The notes under the pieces were generated by a model. The model made no database searches and was not told the DNA's origin. It saw only the letters and a list, made by a program, of their open reading frames with translations. A DNA stretch of 27,632 bases from Lysobacterales bacterium (lineage in GTDB: Bacteria > Pseudomonadota > Gammaproteobacteria > Xanthomonadales > SZUA-5): the NCBI GenBank assembly GCA_038317875.1, contig JBBQBR010000001.1, positions 1-27,632 on the forward strand, read 5' to 3'. The first letter of the stretch is position 1; every line of letters starts with the position of its first letter. A program made the position numbers and the translations under genes. This document shows positions 26,374 to 27,632 of the stretch, piece by piece.

Positions 26374-27632
26374 GTGGAAATAATTAAGACAGCACTTAAC
26401 GAACCCGCCCCGAATGAACCCGGCTCAAGTGAGTCATCGCCACACGAGCCCGCCATAGACTATATGAGCGGCCCCGATGCAAGCGGGCATTTTGGCGAAT
26501 TTGGCGGCTCTTACGTTGCCGAAACGCTCATGTACCCGCTTGAGCAGCTGACTGAAGCGTATCTGAGCTTGCGCGATGATCCTGCGTTTATCGCAGAACT
26601 TGATCGTGATTTAGCCGATTATGTTGGGCGCCCGAGTCCGATCTATCATGCCGAGCGCTTAAGTCGACTTTTGGGTGGCGCGCAGATATTACTCAAGCGC
26701 GAAGATCTAAATCACACCGGCGCGCACAAAATCAACAACACCGTCGGCCAAGCGCTGGTGGCAAAGCACATGGGTAAGAAACGCATCATCGCTGAAACGG
26801 GCGCAGGTCAACACGGCGTCGCCAGCGCCACGGTTGCCGCGCGCATGGGGGCAGAATGCGTGGTCTATATGGGCTCGGTAGACATCGCACGGCAACAGCC
26901 CAATGTATTTCGCATGAAATTGTTGGGCGCGACTGTAAAGCCCGTGGAAAGCGGTAGCAAGACGCTGAAAGACGCGCTTAACGAAGCGCTGCGGGATTGG
27001 GTGACTAATGTTGCGGACACTTTTTACATGATCGGAACCGTCGCTGGGCCGCACCCATATCCGCTAATGGTGCGTGATTTCAATGCCGTGGTTGGGCGCG
27101 AGGCGCGCGCACAAATGCTGAAGCAACACGGCCGATTACCAGACGAAATTGTTGCGTGTGTCGGCGGTGGCAGTAACGCTATTGGCATTTTTCATCCGTT
27201 TTTGAATGACGTGAGCGTCAAGTTAGTTGGCGTCGAAGCCGCTGGGCGTGGCTTAGATACTGCGGAACATGCAGCCAGCATTAACCGAGGCGTGCCGGGT
27301 GTTTTGCACGGCAACAAAACGTATCTTTTGACCGACAAGCACGGCCAAATCACCGAAACGCACTCCGTCAGCGCGGGCTTAGATTATCCAGGCGTAGGCC
27401 CAGAACACGCTTGGTTAAATGATTTGGGCCGCGCCCAATATGTCGGTGCCACCGATACCGAAGCATTAGAAGCGTTTCATCTACTCGCGCGGCAAGAAGG
27501 TATCTTGGCGGCGCTAGAAACCGCGCACGCGCTGGCGTATGCCATTAAGCGGGCGAAAGAGTTGCCTAAAGAGGCATTGATTTTGGTGAACTTATCTGGG
27601 CGTGGCGATAAGGATTTGAATACTTTAATGCA
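26374..27632 (+). CDS. trpB: Tryptophan synthase beta subunit (3' truncated by window; start GTG 26374 or ATG 26464)
   Basis: My translation gives [80 protein letters not shown]. Absent from the ORF track because it has no stop in the window. Confidence 0.97.
   Translation, partial: MEIIKTALNEPAPNEPGSSESSPHEPAIDYMSGPDASGHFGEFGGSYVAETLMYPLEQLTEAYLSLRDDPAFIAELDRDLADYVGRPSPIYHAERLSRLLGGAQILLKREDLNHTGAHKINNTVGQALVAKHMGKKRIIAETGAGQHGVASATVAARMGAECVVYMGSVDIARQQPNVFRMKLLGATVKPVESGSKTLKDALNEALRDWVTNVADTFYMIGTVAGPHPYPLMVRDFNAVVGREARAQMLKQHGRLPDEIVACVGGGSNAIGIFHPFLNDVSVKLVGVEAAGRGLDTAEHAASINRGVPGVLHGNKTYLLTDKHGQITETHSVSAGLDYPGVGPEHAWLNDLGRAQYVGATDTEALEAFHLLARQEGILAALETAHALAYAIKRAKELPKEALILVNLSGRGDKDLNTLM

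Noticed and set aside
26707-27054. 115-aa minus-strand ORF
   Set aside because: Antisense shadow of trpB, which the track omitted only because it lacks a stop in the window.

Overview
Mostly housekeeping chromosomal DNA. The gene set and protein styles (monomeric IDH, tandem monoheme c-type cytochromes, RpoH, TruA-TrpF-TrpB) suggest a Xanthomonadales-like gammaproteobacterium; this is inference, not a database result. Left to right: end of a probable pspC; a small accessory stretch (DUF3592-like membrane protein, Hfq/Sm-patterned small protein, AbiEii/MenT-like nucleotidyltransferase with an overlapping small acidic partner, CGTC-type REP doublet); icd; two divergent hotdog-fold genes around a palindrome, plus a TetR regulator; a small basic protein; sbcB coupled to a REC-REC-PAS-GGDEF-EAL gene; two cytochromes c; thiD; a tight FadL-like porin/lipase/peroxiredoxin/FFLEELY cluster; an FAD oxidoreductase; a membrane Ser/Thr kinase; a cold-shock protein; hemB; bcp with a Lys-rich tail; an aldo-keto reductase; rpoH-truA-trpF-trpB (trpB runs off the end). 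I saw no rRNA, tRNA, CRISPR array, integrase or transposase. The best candidates for an undescribed system are the nucleotidyltransferase/partner/Sm-like stretch (1375-2720) and the porin-lipase-Prx-FFLEELY cluster (13595-17009). All family assignments come from motif recognition and need HMM or structure confirmation.
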